This document shows, piece after piece, positions 10,140-21,360 of a stretch of 64,000 nucleotides of DNA. The notes beneath the pieces are model-generated. The model was not told the DNA's origin, did not search any database, and saw nothing but the letters and a program-made list of their open reading frames with translations. The translations under genes were made by a program, and so were the position numbers. The DNA is taken from positions 19,432-83,431 of the forward strand of contig NZ_QJSM01000036.1 in NCBI RefSeq assembly GCF_003205235.1, given 5' to 3'. Source of the DNA: Thermoplasma sp. Kam2015. Lineage in GTDB: Archaea > Thermoplasmatota > Thermoplasmata > Thermoplasmatales > Thermoplasmataceae. Position 1 is the first letter of the stretch, and each line of letters starts with the position of its first letter.

Positions 10140-10737
10140 CTCCTGTTATATTTTCTATGCTGAACACATCTGGAAGCTTGTAATCTGGATTCAGTATCTT
10201 GACCGTCACGCCCAATATACCTACCTTGAGCTTTGCTGTAGAGAATCCCGTTATCATACCCTTGCTTCCCGGTTCTCCTGAATATTTAACGTTTCCATAT
10301 ATGAACTTCTGGTACCTTGCTCTTTCTCCGGATATCTTCCCTGATATCTTTATCAATACTCCTCTTGCACCTGCCTGTATCGTTCTGTTCAGAGACGTAT
10401 TGCCTGCCTTTCTGTAGGACCAACCTTTCTCGAGAGAAAGTGCGATCTTCTTCGCGATGACTGATGGATTCAGATCAGGGTCCTTCACATCCTTTACCTC
10501 GATCTGAGGCGTCTCAATACCGTACTTCTTTTCAAGAGTCTCGGTCATCTGCTGTACTTTGCTGCCGCGTCTTCCTATAACAAGGCCTGGTCTGTTAACG
10601 TAAAGCGTTATATTTGTGCCAAACGGAGTTCTCTTCATTATCATGTTTCCGAAGCCAGCGTTTTCAGTTTCCTTGACAACATACTCGTAAACGAGTAGCC
10701 TCTTAACCGCTTCATTGATGAATTTTCTCTCCTTCAT
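10060..10737 (-). CDS. rps3: 30S ribosomal protein uS3
   Basis: 225 aa with a KH domain ([14 protein letters not shown]) and an acidic C-terminal tail. Confidence 0.9.
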   Translation of the reverse strand: MKERKFINEAVKRLLVYEYVVKETENAGFGNMIMKRTPFGTNITLYVNRPGLVIGRRGSKVQQMTETLEKKYGIETPQIEVKDVKDPDLNPSVIAKKIALSLEKGWSYRKAGNTSLNRTIQAGARGVLIKISGKISGERARYQKFIYGNVKYSGEPGSKGMITGFSTAKLKVGILGVTVKILNPDYKLPDVFSIENITGGEEVGTESKADKADVEGREAGDAEES

Positions 10738-11189
10738 TCTGATCCCTCCGTGACTATTACCTCCAAGTTGATTAGATCTTTGAAATTTGCACCCGCCCTT
10801 CCATAGGCTTTTGGCGTGTACTTCTTGATCATCCTGCCCTTGTTTGCTGCTATGTGTCGGATGATAAGATTATCCGTGTTCATTCCCTTGAACTCAGCGT
10901 TGTTCTCGACATTTTCCAGCAACTGCTTGAATGCCTTTGCCGCCTTGACTGGATATCTCCCAGGGCCGATCCCCGGTCTATGGGAAACCGAGTCTAGATA
11001 TCTGAAATAGGGTATTGCATATGTTTTATTTATGACACCATCGATTATTTCCTTCGCCCTTGAGAGTGGCATACCTCTAAGATGATGTGCGATATTGACG
11101 GAATCCTTTAACGAAATTTCCGCCTCTCTTATCCTTGCCCTTGCATGATTTCCTTCAATTTCCATTGAATATCCTTTCATGTTGATCAC
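10734..11189 (-). CDS. rpl22: 50S ribosomal protein uL22
   Basis: 151 aa with uL22 similarity. Confidence 0.9.
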   Translation of the reverse strand: MINMKGYSMEIEGNHARARIREAEISLKDSVNIAHHLRGMPLSRAKEIIDGVINKTYAIPYFRYLDSVSHRPGIGPGRYPVKAAKAFKQLLENVENNAEFKGMNTDNLIIRHIAANKGRMIKKYTPKAYGRAGANFKDLINLEVIVTEGSE

Positions 11190-11641
11190 TTCAGCGGCAT
11201 GAATTTAGACGAACGAGTAGCACCTACACCAGGCCCAGAGTGCTTTACCTCCTTTCTTGTCATCACGAATTCTCCCAGATAGTGCCCAATCATCTCTGGC
11301 TTAATTTCGAACTTGAAGTAACTGTTCCCGTTGTAAACTTCAACTATCTTGCCAACATAGTTTGGAAGGATTATGACGTCTCTGACATGGGTTTTTATGT
11401 CCTCCTCGTCTCCTTCGAGCTTTTCCATGAGTTTCTTCTGCTCGTAGTTCGGCTCCCTGGAAAGAGTTCTCCTTGCTCTTGCTGGCAGGATCTTAATGAG
11501 TTCCTCTAGACTCATCTTCTGGAGATCCTCAAGGGAATAACCCTTATAGCTGAACTCTTTAGCCCTGCCACTCACTACCTTCCTTGACTTCCTTGCCTTT
11601 CTCTTTATTGATTTAACAGAGCCCTGTTTATTAACGACCAT
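11186..11641 (-). CDS. rps19: 30S ribosomal protein uS19
   Basis: 151 aa with a uS19 C-terminal motif ([12 protein letters not shown]...HSGPG). Confidence 0.9.
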   Translation of the reverse strand: MVVNKQGSVKSIKRKARKSRKVVSGRAKEFSYKGYSLEDLQKMSLEELIKILPARARRTLSREPNYEQKKLMEKLEGDEEDIKTHVRDVIILPNYVGKIVEVYNGNSYFKFEIKPEMIGHYLGEFVMTRKEVKHSGPGVGATRSSKFMPLK

Positions 11642-12332
11642 TTACTCTCCTCCTCTTCGGTGAAAGCCTTCCTACCTTCCTTCCTGGCGGAGCGTTCCTT
11701 CCAACGGTACTTGGCCTACCTACATGCTGGTGGTTTCCGCCTCCATGCGGATGATTCACAGCATTCATAGCAACACCCCTTACCGTATACGGACGCTTCG
11801 CCTTGCTCCTAAGGTAATGAACATGCGTACCTGCCTTGAGGATCGGTGGATCCTTAAGACCTGAAGCTGCCACCACACCAACCGTTGCTCTGCATCTTGG
11901 ATCGAAATCTCTCATTCTACCGGACGGCAGCTTCAATGTCACATGCTGTCCGTGTGAAACAACTAGTGCAAACGTACCTGCACTTCTGCAGAATTCTCCC
12001 CCATCTCCCGGACTGCTCTCTATATTGTATACATAGCTTCCATCAGGTATATTTGCGAGAACCGTCGTTGTGCCAGGCGCAACGTTATCCACATTTCCAG
12101 CGACTATGTTCTGCCCAACATAGGCTCCGGTGAAAGCTATCTGGTATGCCTTCTTTCCATCGTTGCTCATCAATTCCAAGAGGGGGGCGTTCCTGCCCGG
12201 CGCATGGACTATGTCCCTTACCACATATGATCCTGGTGCAACATGTTTTATATCTGCTAGATGCCTGTGACTTGGACTCCTGTAAACCAGGCTTCCATGT
12301 CCTCTTCTCTGCGGAATTATATGTTTACCCAT
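11631..12332 (-). CDS. rpl2: 50S ribosomal protein uL2
   Basis: 233 aa with uL2 motifs (HPHGGG). Confidence 0.95.
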   Translation of the reverse strand: MGKHIIPQRRGHGSLVYRSPSHRHLADIKHVAPGSYVVRDIVHAPGRNAPLLELMSNDGKKAYQIAFTGAYVGQNIVAGNVDNVAPGTTTVLANIPDGSYVYNIESSPGDGGEFCRSAGTFALVVSHGQHVTLKLPSGRMRDFDPRCRATVGVVAASGLKDPPILKAGTHVHYLRSKAKRPYTVRGVAMNAVNHPHGGGNHQHVGRPSTVGRNAPPGRKVGRLSPKRRRVNGR

Positions 12333-12340
12333 AATACACC

Positions 12341-12595
12341 TCAGAATACACCAATACGCTCGGCTATCTCTTCAGCCGAGAACTCCTTTGCCAGCTTTAC
12401 TATTGCCTTCTTTCCTTTTTTCGTTATGAGTACGTTGATCTCTTCAACCTTCACTCCGAACCTTTCCTCTACCTCTTTCTTTATCATTTCCTTGTTTGCT
12501 TCTCTCCTGACTATCAGCGTCAGCTTATTCTCCTTTTCAGCCATTAAAGCAGTTTTTTCTGTGGAAAGAGGTGATATTATCACATCGCCCTTCAT
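12341..12595 (-). CDS. rpl23: 50S ribosomal protein uL23
   Basis: 84 aa with uL23 similarity. Confidence 0.9.
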   Translation of the reverse strand: MKGDVIISPLSTEKTALMAEKENKLTLIVRREANKEMIKKEVEERFGVKVEEINVLITKKGKKAIVKLAKEFSAEEIAERIGVF

Positions 12596-13359
12596 GGATT
12601 CACCTCCTTCAGTGATTCAATCGCACCTTCAGTGAATATGGTAAGCCTGCCGCCCACGCCACCCGGGGCAAGTTTCCTTATGCTGAGCGAGTTCGGAGAT
12701 GCCACATCAACCCCAGGCAGAGATCTGAATGCCTTCAGGGCGGAAGAGTTCTTTGCAACTATAAGCACACTCTTCGGCTGCCTGTATTTTCTTCCTCTCA
12801 TCTTTCCACGACCCGCTCTGATATGCTTTCCCTCACTGGATCTTTCAATATCCTCGTACACCCCTATATTCTTCAGCAGTGCTATAGCATCCTTCGTTTT
12901 TGCTATACCTTCGAGACCATCTTCCACCACGATTGGAAGTTTAAGATCTTCCTTGAACCTGTGTCCCCTCCTTTTGACAGCTTCGGATGATGCTGTGAGT
13001 GCAATTGCAGAATACTTTGCGATCTTTCTTTCCTTGTCATTTATCTTGACGTAGAGATTCTTGGTGACCCTTGGTGAATGCGCACTTTTTCCACCTACAG
13101 CACTGGCTATGCCGACCACCCTGGATCCACCTGCTATCCTTGGCATTCTCGAAATGCCAAGTCCTGGTCTGGTGGTATGGCCCACTCTCCTCATTCCAGC
13201 TAGAGGTGACGAGCCATAGGGTTGCCTCATAGAAAGCGAAATAGCTCTGAAGGCCTTCCTTATGAGATCCTCTCTAACCTCTGTATCGAATATCTCTGGA
13301 AGATCGATCTCTCCCTTAGTTTCACCAGAAATTGAATAAATTGGTACCTTCGTATTCAA
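12592..13359 (-). CDS. rpl4: 50S ribosomal protein uL4
   Basis: 255 aa with uL4 similarity. Confidence 0.9.
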   Translation of the reverse strand: MNTKVPIYSISGETKGEIDLPEIFDTEVREDLIRKAFRAISLSMRQPYGSSPLAGMRRVGHTTRPGLGISRMPRIAGGSRVVGIASAVGGKSAHSPRVTKNLYVKINDKERKIAKYSAIALTASSEAVKRRGHRFKEDLKLPIVVEDGLEGIAKTKDAIALLKNIGVYEDIERSSEGKHIRAGRGKMRGRKYRQPKSVLIVAKNSSALKAFRSLPGVDVASPNSLSIRKLAPGGVGGRLTIFTEGAIESLKEVNP

Positions 13360-14351
13360 TCACCCTGTTTTGATTCCAATGATACATACTCAAGTTTGAC
13401 TTCCTCTATGTCTGGCACCTTCTGCCTTGCTGGGTCTCTCATCTTTATTAGTCTCTTTGCAGGTCCTGGTATTGAACCGAACAGAAGAACGTAGTCATTC
13501 TTCACCATGCCGTAATGGAGGAAACCGCCACGGACATTTATAGCATCTACGTCATCCTTGCTCCCATATTTGATGACTCTTACGTTGCTTATGGTTCTCT
13601 GCTGGAATCCCATCTGACCTGCCTGAGGGACCGTGTTTCTTACCCAGTCAGGATGCCATGGACCAAGTGTACCTATCATCCTCCTGTGCTTTCTGTTCTT
13701 TCTTGGAAGCAGTTTTACTCCAAATCTCTTAACGTGGCCTGTAAATCCCTTGCCTTTCGTCACTGAAACCACGTCAACAAACTTTCCAGCCTTGGAGAAA
13801 TCGCTGAAAATTATCTGTTTACCCAGATGATTCCTAGCGTAGTCCAGGCGATCCTTAAGTGAATTGCCACCGCCGATCCTCAATTCGAATATCTCCGGCT
13901 TCTTTGATGGTATGCCAGCTACATCCTTGTTCCTTGTAGCAACTATTATCCTAACATCAGCATATGATTCAGGCGGTTCTCTTTCAACATTTTTCTTGAC
14001 TTCAGGAATTTTCCTGAATATCTCCTTATCCAGATCCTTGGCCCATGTTTCATAGGTAACGACCAGATTCCCCTCCGGATCTTCGTCATAAAGACGATAA
14101 CCGATAACATCGAGAGGCGGAACTTCCACAACCGTTACAGGCACAAGGATCGGCTGTCCGGCTGTGACGCTCTTCTTCCTGTAATCTATCATCTCCACAT
14201 GCGTCATTCCAACCTTGAATCCAGCGAACCCCTGTACCTTTACCTCTCCCTTTATCTCAGGCCAGCTACGGATCTTTGGATCTAAACTCTTCGCTCTTAC
14301 TCTGGGGTAATATGCCATTGACCCCCTTCTCGAATGATGAGGCGTCGCCAT
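13356..14351 (-). CDS. rpl3: 50S ribosomal protein uL3
   Basis: 331 aa with uL3 similarity. It is the first gene of the operon and is preceded by an SD-like GGTGGTGA. Confidence 0.95.
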   Translation of the reverse strand: MATPHHSRRGSMAYYPRVRAKSLDPKIRSWPEIKGEVKVQGFAGFKVGMTHVEMIDYRKKSVTAGQPILVPVTVVEVPPLDVIGYRLYDEDPEGNLVVTYETWAKDLDKEIFRKIPEVKKNVEREPPESYADVRIIVATRNKDVAGIPSKKPEIFELRIGGGNSLKDRLDYARNHLGKQIIFSDFSKAGKFVDVVSVTKGKGFTGHVKRFGVKLLPRKNRKHRRMIGTLGPWHPDWVRNTVPQAGQMGFQQRTISNVRVIKYGSKDDVDAINVRGGFLHYGMVKNDYVLLFGSIPGPAKRLIKMRDPARQKVPDIEEVKLEYVSLESKQGD

Positions 14352-14717
14352 CTAATTCACCACCTTATACCGTTACACGTTGTATGCCGATCTAAAATAA
14401 TAGATCGACCACTCTGGGACTCTCTCAGGAGTTGCCCAAACGTGTATGGCTTTATGGCGCTTTCAAAGCACCGTAAAGACAGCTCTATCGAGCACTTACA
14501 GCCCTAATGCAAACATGGTTATTAATATTTCTTGAAGATGTTTAGTTATTACATTTGAAACAAGGTGAAAATCAAGGTACCCCTGACATTCCTCTCTACG
14601 GTACTGGTATAGAAACAAAAGATAAAGAAAAAATCTCTTAAAAATATGGCTCTACATCTAGGCTTATTTGGTTTCATCATCAACGCAGTTAAGATCTATT
14701 CTTTAACGGGGATTGAT

Positions 14718-15599
14718 CTAGAGATTTCTTACTGCAGATTCTATATCCGGATATTTGAATTGGAATCCTGAGTCCAGAAGCTTCTTCGGGATCACCTTTT
14801 GCCCACTCATCAATTCCCTGTACATCTCGGATCCAAGGATAATGCGGCCTATCAGATCCGGAATGCGCATGGTCTTATAGCCTTTCTCTTTTGATATGAC
14901 GCCTGCTAGTTCGCTGAACGAAACTGGCGAAGGCGAAGCCATATTTACCGGTCCACTTATGGTCTCATTCTCTATAAGGAAGCTGACTGCGCTGACATAA
15001 TCTTCAAGATGAATCCATGAAACTGGCTGGACCCCTGAACCAAAATAGTATACTCTTCTGGAACGTGTATTCATTATTCTGGATAAAAATCCTCCACGAC
15101 TGCTCAGTACGTTAGAAGTCCTCAGCAGTACCGTTCTGGTTAGTTTTGAGGCTTTAAGCGCCTCATCCTCCCATGCATTCGCAAGCTCAGCCAGGAATCC
15201 TGTTCCCGGCGGTGAGCTTTCATCGAATGTGCTGTTATCATCATATCCATAGTAGCCTATAGCCGATCCAGAGAGGAAAACATCAGGCTTCTCTTCAAGG
15301 GATGCTATGAATTTAACCATGGACCTTGTACTTTCTATTCTGCTCCTTATTATTTCTTCCTTGATCTTGTGATTCCAACGTTTTGAACCTATGTTGAACC
15401 CAGAGAGATTTATCACCACATCGCATCTTCTTATCCTTTCGAGTTCGTTCCAGTTCACAAAGCTTATGTTCCCCTCTGTTTTGGATCCTCCACGCGTTAT
15501 TATGAAATAATTATTCCCAGGGATCTCTGTTATCGCCTTTCCTATGAGCCCAGTGCCACCTGATACCACTATGTCCATTAGGGAATCAAGTCTTTTCAC
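14718..15599 (-). CDS. NAD-dependent epimerase/dehydratase family protein (TIGR01777/YfcH-like, DUF1731 C-terminus)
   Basis: A Rossmann GGTGLIG motif near the N-terminus, about 290 aa. The start is probably the internal Met (MDIVVSGGTGLIG). Confidence 0.6.
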   Translation of the reverse strand: MKRLDSLMDIVVSGGTGLIGKAITEIPGNNYFIITRGGSKTEGNISFVNWNELERIRRCDVVINLSGFNIGSKRWNHKIKEEIIRSRIESTRSMVKFIASLEEKPDVFLSGSAIGYYGYDDNSTFDESSPPGTGFLAELANAWEDEALKASKLTRTVLLRTSNVLSSRGGFLSRIMNTRSRRVYYFGSGVQPVSWIHLEDYVSAVSFLIENETISGPVNMASPSPVSFSELAGVISKEKGYKTMRIPDLIGRIILGSEMYRELMSGQKVIPKKLLDSGFQFKYPDIESAVRNL

Positions 15600-15803
15600 T
15601 ATTAAATACTTTCTTAGCTATGAAAATATTTCTCTTTTTAAGCGTTGAATAGGACTGCGCCGCTTTGCAAAAGCATAGGGATGTATGCTGTAATACTTCT
15701 AAATAGAACTGTCAATATGGGCAGAACCCAGATCTAACAATGAAAACTTCAGGGAAAGAATTAATAACAGCCATGTCCTGAATTGTGAGACGAAGAGGCC
15801 ACG

Positions 15804-16628
15804 ATGAGTACAACAGAGAGGACAAGAAAAGACGCGTTGAAGGAAAAAGTTGTAGTAAGTGCGAGATCCTTGATACTGAAGGTCAATCCTACTGGCGATC
15901 AGGAACTTGGGAAATATGCCTATTACGGATTTATCTTTTCCCTGCTGATACTGTTTGCATCGGTTGTGGCTCTAACCAACGCATACATACATTATGTCAA
16001 CATCTCGTCTTATTACTCCTATGAGAGAAGGATACTGTCCCCCTTCTCTTTAACGGGATATGAAGGTATGTTCTTTGTTGTGGCCTTTGCCCCTCTTCCA
16101 GATTATCTCATAATACCATTCTACGGATACCTGTCGTCCATAGGCGAGTTCAACATATTTGCGGCATTCTTTGTCTCAGTTCTCGCAATGCTCTTTGAGA
16201 TGGGTATAGAATATGCTGGTGGAAGACTTGCTGGCAGGGCAATACTGCTCAAGGCACTCTCTTATTTCAAGATAACCGAAAAGGATCTTGAGGCCGCAGA
16301 TAAATGGATACAAGATCATGGCCCTTTTTCAATATTCGTTGCCACCTTCATACCCTATTTCAAAAATGTGACTTCGCTGGCAGCTGGAACGCTGAAGATG
16401 AATGCACCCTGGTTCTTTCTTTCAAACTTTGCCGGTTTCGCCATAAGGTTTGGCCTTCTTATATACATAGGATATTCAGGGATATATGTGCTGACCCCGT
16501 CCTTTGATTACGAACATAGATTGGCCATAGCGATATTGGGTGTAATTTCACTGCTCTATCTCATAGCGTACCTGATCAACAAGGCAAACAGGATAATAGC
16601 CAGCAGAACAAAAAGGATGAAAGGGTGA
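15804..16628 (+). CDS. DedA/SNARE-associated (TVP38/TMEM64) family membrane protein
   Basis: 274 aa, polytopic, with a DedA-type motif region (GRLAGRAILL...FIPYFKNVTSLAAGTLKM). Confidence 0.6.
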   Translation: MSTTERTRKDALKEKVVVSARSLILKVNPTGDQELGKYAYYGFIFSLLILFASVVALTNAYIHYVNISSYYSYERRILSPFSLTGYEGMFFVVAFAPLPDYLIIPFYGYLSSIGEFNIFAAFFVSVLAMLFEMGIEYAGGRLAGRAILLKALSYFKITEKDLEAADKWIQDHGPFSIFVATFIPYFKNVTSLAAGTLKMNAPWFFLSNFAGFAIRFGLLIYIGYSGIYVLTPSFDYEHRLAIAILGVISLLYLIAYLINKANRIIASRTKRMKG

Positions 16629-16679
16629 TCATGCAGTCTTTGGAGAAATGTTATAACTCCTGATTTAATATAGACAAGA

Positions 16680-18215
16680 ATGAATGGGATATACTTATTT
16701 GTAATACTCCTCTTCTCATGGATAGCTGCGGTTTATTTTCTTTCACCATATATCAGAAAATCAAAGCATTTTTCTCTCTTTGGTCCTGCAATAATGCTGA
16801 AATTTGTAAAAAACAGAGGAGTTATAGAGAGTATATCCAAGAAATTTCCAGCAAAAATGTTCTCAAGGGTTTCAGTTATAATTGTGATTTTGGCTGGAAT
16901 AGTTGCGCTCATAAGCCTGGCGTATAGCGCATATCTTGCCTCGTTCATCAGACCGAGCCAGGCCCCACCCGTAACCGAATTTCTTGGTATACCTGGCATA
17001 AACCCTGTTATACCCATAGGATATGGTATTGTAGCGCTGGTTATCTCTGTGGTCATCCATGAGCTGATGCATGGAGTCACGGCCAAGAGACATGGGCTCA
17101 AGGTTGACTCCGTTGGAGTACTATTCTTCATAGTCCCGGTTGGTGCGTTTGTGGAACCGGATGAATCAGAGATGATGCAGGCCGATCCGGTTGTGAGAAG
17201 GAGAATATTCGCGGCCGGTCCGGGCATAAATATAATAATTGGTGTCCTGCTGGCCATCATAATCTCCACCATAATGTTCTCCTCTGCTGTACCGATGCAT
17301 CAGGGTGTCTACGTGCAGAGCTCAGATACGACTGTCAATCCATCGATAATCCCTGGCAATGAGATAATAGCCATAGGCAATTATACAGGAAATAATGTTA
17401 CCAACGCTCTCATAAACTCCAATCTTCCTCCGGGCACGAACGTCTCAGTCAGTCTGTTCAATGGAAAAACAGTGGAACATGTCCAGGCCATGGCCGGTAT
17501 AGTGATAATTTCAACTCTGCCCGGTTATCCAGCAGCAAATGTGAGCGTACCATCAAACTCTATACTTCTCTCAATAAACAATACAGAGATAAGGAATGAA
17601 ACCGTTCTTGCCGATGTTCTGGACGCCATACCACCGGGAAATACTATCTCGATGAAGGTTTTGGTGATGCCCTCCCACACTGTAAAAACCTATAATATGA
17701 CCACAACATCGGCATACAGATATTACGCACAGTACGATCCAAGTGCCAATAATCCCGCATATAAGGGATACAGCTTCATCGGGATCTCGATCTCCTATAT
17801 GGGCATAACGGGCTACCAAATGGGTGAGATAAGAGATCTGATCTTCATGCGCGGCTTCTATTCGAATCCAGTTGAGGGCTTCATAGAAGCCATAGGTCTA
17901 CCGTTCTACGGATTCAATCCTGTGCCCTCAGCAATGGCGGATCTGTTTTCTGTTCCTTTCAGTCCGCTTATCTTCTGGGGAATGGTAAATACATTCTACT
18001 GGTTTTTCTGGATAAACATACTTCTCGGCATAACCAACGCACTTCCCTTTGCCTTCTTCGATGGTGGGCAGTTTTTCAAAGACACTCTGATAATTTTAGG
18101 TAGAAGATTCAAAGCCCTGTCCAGTGAAAAGGTAGTGAATCAGGTGATGTATTTGATGAGCTTCCTTGTCCTGTTCCTCATAATGTGGGAGCTCATAATA
18201 CCGAGGATAATATAA
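16680..18215 (+). CDS. site-2 protease family (M50) membrane metalloprotease with PDZ-like insert
   Basis: 511 aa with an HExxH motif inside a TM segment (VVIHELMHGV) and a C-terminal membrane-embedded NALPFAFFDGGQ motif (the LDG of the S2P family). Confidence 0.8.
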   Translation: MNGIYLFVILLFSWIAAVYFLSPYIRKSKHFSLFGPAIMLKFVKNRGVIESISKKFPAKMFSRVSVIIVILAGIVALISLAYSAYLASFIRPSQAPPVTEFLGIPGINPVIPIGYGIVALVISVVIHELMHGVTAKRHGLKVDSVGVLFFIVPVGAFVEPDESEMMQADPVVRRRIFAAGPGINIIIGVLLAIIISTIMFSSAVPMHQGVYVQSSDTTVNPSIIPGNEIIAIGNYTGNNVTNALINSNLPPGTNVSVSLFNGKTVEHVQAMAGIVIISTLPGYPAANVSVPSNSILLSINNTEIRNETVLADVLDAIPPGNTISMKVLVMPSHTVKTYNMTTTSAYRYYAQYDPSANNPAYKGYSFIGISISYMGITGYQMGEIRDLIFMRGFYSNPVEGFIEAIGLPFYGFNPVPSAMADLFSVPFSPLIFWGMVNTFYWFFWINILLGITNALPFAFFDGGQFFKDTLIILGRRFKALSSEKVVNQVMYLMSFLVLFLIMWELIIPRII

Positions 18216-18288
18216 TAGCCCTGGGCAGATTCGAACTGCCGTCGATGGGTCCAGAGCCCATAATGCTTGGCCACTACACCACAGGGCT
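18216..18288 (-). tRNA. tRNA-Gln (anticodon CTG)
   Basis: Hand-folded cloverleaf. Acceptor AGCCCTG/CAGGGCT, anticodon stem ATGGG/CCCAT with loop CTCTGGA (U33, anticodon CUG), T-arm GGCAG-TTCGAAT-CTGCC. It abuts the stop of the M50 protease gene. Confidence 0.85.
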
Positions 18289-18674
18289 TCCGAGGTGAAT
18301 CCCATTTTTCTTTAATAATCTTTTCATATCAATCTATGGATCCTGTGATCTGCACTGTTGACCTTTAGATGCAGACACCTGAAATAATTCTATACACCTG
18401 ATGAAATCTCTTTGGCTTCGATCATAAATAGAGTGAGCTACTCCTCAGCTGAAGCATCGGAGCTTCCTTTCATCAAAGATGTCTCTACCTTTCCGGACAT
18501 ACGTAAAAGCCATATATCGCTATAACCACAGGCGTGTATTCGGTTCGCAACGATCCTACCTAGATATAATTCTATGGGGGAAAAGTCCGTGTATCTCCTG
18601 TCCGAAGAAAGAGTTTTACTGTTTCCCTCAAACTCCTAACTTTTTTATAAATCAAAAATATTCAAAGATTTTCC

Positions 18675-19613
18675 TTAAACGCTGCTGAAATCTATCTTTG
18701 CCTTTGATGGATCCTTTGCGATCATAGCTACCCTGCTTTCAACCCTGTCTGCAACAAAGGTGTATCCCATTCTGTCCGCAAGATCGTGTGAGAATTCAAG
18801 GATCTCTGTATGTGACGGCATATTGGATGCCATAAGTTTTGTCATCGACGAACCAACATGTACGTAGCCCTTTGCCTCTATGAAATCCGGATCGGCCTTT
18901 TTATCAAGCATTTCATATTCATCCAGGTACGGCATATTGACACCATGTACGAGGGTATGCCTGATGACGATCCTTGTGTCAAGGCTTGGCAGAAGTTCAA
19001 GCGTTCTCATCAGATTCTCCCACCCATTTCCTATCGATGGATTCAGAAGTTCATTGAATATCTTCTTATTGGGAGCTGCAACAGTCACATAAAGCTGCGT
19101 CGGAAGAGGATCCAGCCTCTCAAGTACGGATGGCAGCGTTCCATTGGTGACCAGGAAAGTACTGATGCCACGCTTTTTGGCTGCAGCTATCAGTTCGCCC
19201 AATCTCGAGTAGAGAGTTGGCTCGCCAGTCAGCGATATTGCCATATGCTTTGGATGAGTTGCTTCCTCCCATATCTCCTTTGAAACCTTTGGATTGCCCT
19301 TGAATCCAGAGATCAGCTTCAGATGCTGCTTGATGCTCTCCTCCAGTATGTATTCTGGATCGTCTTCATTGGATATGTGCATTGAGTCGAAGCCCTGAAA
19401 ACGCCAGCAAAATGCACAATTTTCGGTGCAGGCGTTCAAAGCCGGTGTCATCTGTATACACTGATGTGATTTTATTCCATAGAATGTATTCTTATAACAA
19501 CCGGGACCGCCGAGGAGCTCATCTTTTGTCCAGTGGCAAACTTTCACGGCAGAATGATTGCCCACGAGCCCGTAATGTTCCTTACGATAGATATCCGCAT
19601 AAAGGTTCTGCAC
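18675..19613 (-). CDS. taw1: tRNA 4-demethylwyosine synthase Taw1 (TYW1 homologue, radical SAM)
   Basis: 312 aa with a radical-SAM cysteine triad (CTENCAFC) and TYW1-family similarity throughout. Confidence 0.8.
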   Translation of the reverse strand: MQNLYADIYRKEHYGLVGNHSAVKVCHWTKDELLGGPGCYKNTFYGIKSHQCIQMTPALNACTENCAFCWRFQGFDSMHISNEDDPEYILEESIKQHLKLISGFKGNPKVSKEIWEEATHPKHMAISLTGEPTLYSRLGELIAAAKKRGISTFLVTNGTLPSVLERLDPLPTQLYVTVAAPNKKIFNELLNPSIGNGWENLMRTLELLPSLDTRIVIRHTLVHGVNMPYLDEYEMLDKKADPDFIEAKGYVHVGSSMTKLMASNMPSHTEILEFSHDLADRMGYTFVADRVESRVAMIAKDPSKAKIDFSSV

Positions 19614-19683
19614 AGAATACGCATGAAAAACAGATATTTAACACGTTCGTAATAAATAATTTTTAAAAATATCTTAAAGATTT

Positions 19684-21318
19684 TCAGTCTTCGGATGACT
19701 CACTGCTGCCGCTTCCGCTCTTTGACGGATTGCTTGACGAACCGCTTGACTTGGTCGCTATAACATCATCTATGCGCAGTATCATTATGGCGGCCTCTGT
19801 GGCAGACTCTATGGCCTGCTTTCCGACCCTTATCGGCTCTATTACGCCGTTCTTCACCATGTCCTCTATCTCTCCGGTGAAGACGTTGATACCGTAGGTC
19901 TTGTTACCCTTGGCGTGCTCCGCTCTGAGCTTCAGCAGTATGTCTATTGGGTCAAGTCCAGCGTTCTCAGCCAGAGCCCTAGGTATCTCCTCGATGGCAT
20001 CTGCAAATTTCTCTATGGCAAGCTGCTGCCTTCCGCCTATCTTCTGCGCATATGATCTAAGCCTGAAAGCTATCTCTGCGGCCGTTGCACCTCCGCCTGC
20101 GGTGTAAGCTCCATCCTCGAGGGCGCTCGCCACAACGTGCAGAGAGTCGGTAATGGATCTCTCCATCTCATCAACGACATGTTCAGTCTCTCCCCTTACC
20201 AGTATGCTCACAGCCTTTGGATTCTTGCAGCCTGTGACGAAGGTCATGTAGTCCTCGCCAACCTTGACCTGCTCCACCTTCTCTGCTGAACCGAGATCGG
20301 ATGATGATATCTCATCTATGGTTGAAACTATGGATGCACCCGTTGCCTTGGCGAGCTTGTCCATATCGCTCTTCTTTACCCTGCGTACAGCGTATATGCC
20401 GGCTCTTGAGAGATAGTGCTGTGCCATGTCATCTATTCCCTTCTGGGTAATCACAACGTTTGCGCCAACTGATTTGATCTTATCGACCATCTCCCTGAGC
20501 ATGTTCTCTTCCTGAGCCAGGAACTTCTGAATCATTGATGGGTCCTCTATTCTGAGGTTTGTGTCGAACTCCGGCTTCTTTATCTCGAGAGGTGCGTCGA
20601 GCAGTGCTATCTTGGCATCCTTCACAACATCAGGCATTCCTGGGTGGACCTTCTCCTTGTCGACTATTATACCGTTTATGAGCTGTGTGTCATCTATTGC
20701 GCCACCCTGTTTCTTGACTACCTGTATGTTGTCGAAGTCCACATAGTATTTTCCGTCCCTTAGCTCAGCTACGGATTTGACTGCCTCGTACGATATCTCA
20801 GCCAGCTTGTCCTTGGCCACTGATGCGCTCTTGCTGTTCAGTGAGGTCTGTGCCATCTTGATGAGGAGCGCCTTTTCATCCTTATCGATCTTTGTCGATA
20901 CCTCATCGATCACCCTCTTTGCCTCTTCAGAGGCCATCCTGTATCCTTCTGATATAACTGTCGGGTGAACGTTCTGATTTATCAGACCCTGAGCCTGCTG
21001 GAGCAGGCCGCCCGCTATGATCACGGCGGTGGTTGTACCATCACCAACGAATGAATCCTGCGTCTTTGATACCTCAACCATCATCTTGGCGGCTGGGTGC
21101 TCGACGTCCATCTCCTTTAGTATCGTTACACCATCGTTGGTGATGACGATATCACCGAGCGAGTCTACGAGCATCTTGTCCATACCCCTCGGGCCAAGAC
21201 TAGATCTGACAGAATTTGAAATTGCAATTGCAGCTTCGATATTCTCCTTCATTGCGTCTTTTCCGCTTTCTCTCTTAGTACCTTCCTTAAGAATGAATAT
21301 AGGTTGTCCAGCTATCAT
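19684..21318 (-). CDS. thsB: thermosome subunit (group II chaperonin, beta-type)
   Basis: 544 aa with canonical group II chaperonin motifs ([18 protein letters not shown], a GGGA ATP-binding motif) and a Ser/Gly-rich acidic tail. From memory it matches the Thermoplasma thermosome beta subunit. Confidence 0.95.
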   Translation of the reverse strand: MIAGQPIFILKEGTKRESGKDAMKENIEAAIAISNSVRSSLGPRGMDKMLVDSLGDIVITNDGVTILKEMDVEHPAAKMMVEVSKTQDSFVGDGTTTAVIIAGGLLQQAQGLINQNVHPTVISEGYRMASEEAKRVIDEVSTKIDKDEKALLIKMAQTSLNSKSASVAKDKLAEISYEAVKSVAELRDGKYYVDFDNIQVVKKQGGAIDDTQLINGIIVDKEKVHPGMPDVVKDAKIALLDAPLEIKKPEFDTNLRIEDPSMIQKFLAQEENMLREMVDKIKSVGANVVITQKGIDDMAQHYLSRAGIYAVRRVKKSDMDKLAKATGASIVSTIDEISSSDLGSAEKVEQVKVGEDYMTFVTGCKNPKAVSILVRGETEHVVDEMERSITDSLHVVASALEDGAYTAGGGATAAEIAFRLRSYAQKIGGRQQLAIEKFADAIEEIPRALAENAGLDPIDILLKLRAEHAKGNKTYGINVFTGEIEDMVKNGVIEPIRVGKQAIESATEAAIMILRIDDVIATKSSGSSSNPSKSGSGSSESSED

Positions 21319-21360
21319 GGCTATCCAATGGAGTAAAAATAAACTTCTATATAAGCATTT

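Noticed and set aside
18479-18688. 69-aa plus-strand ORF in the tRNA-Gln upstream region
   Set aside because: It is Cys/Phe/Lys-rich and runs into the 3' end of taw1 on the other strand. No homology was recognised, so it is treated as non-coding.
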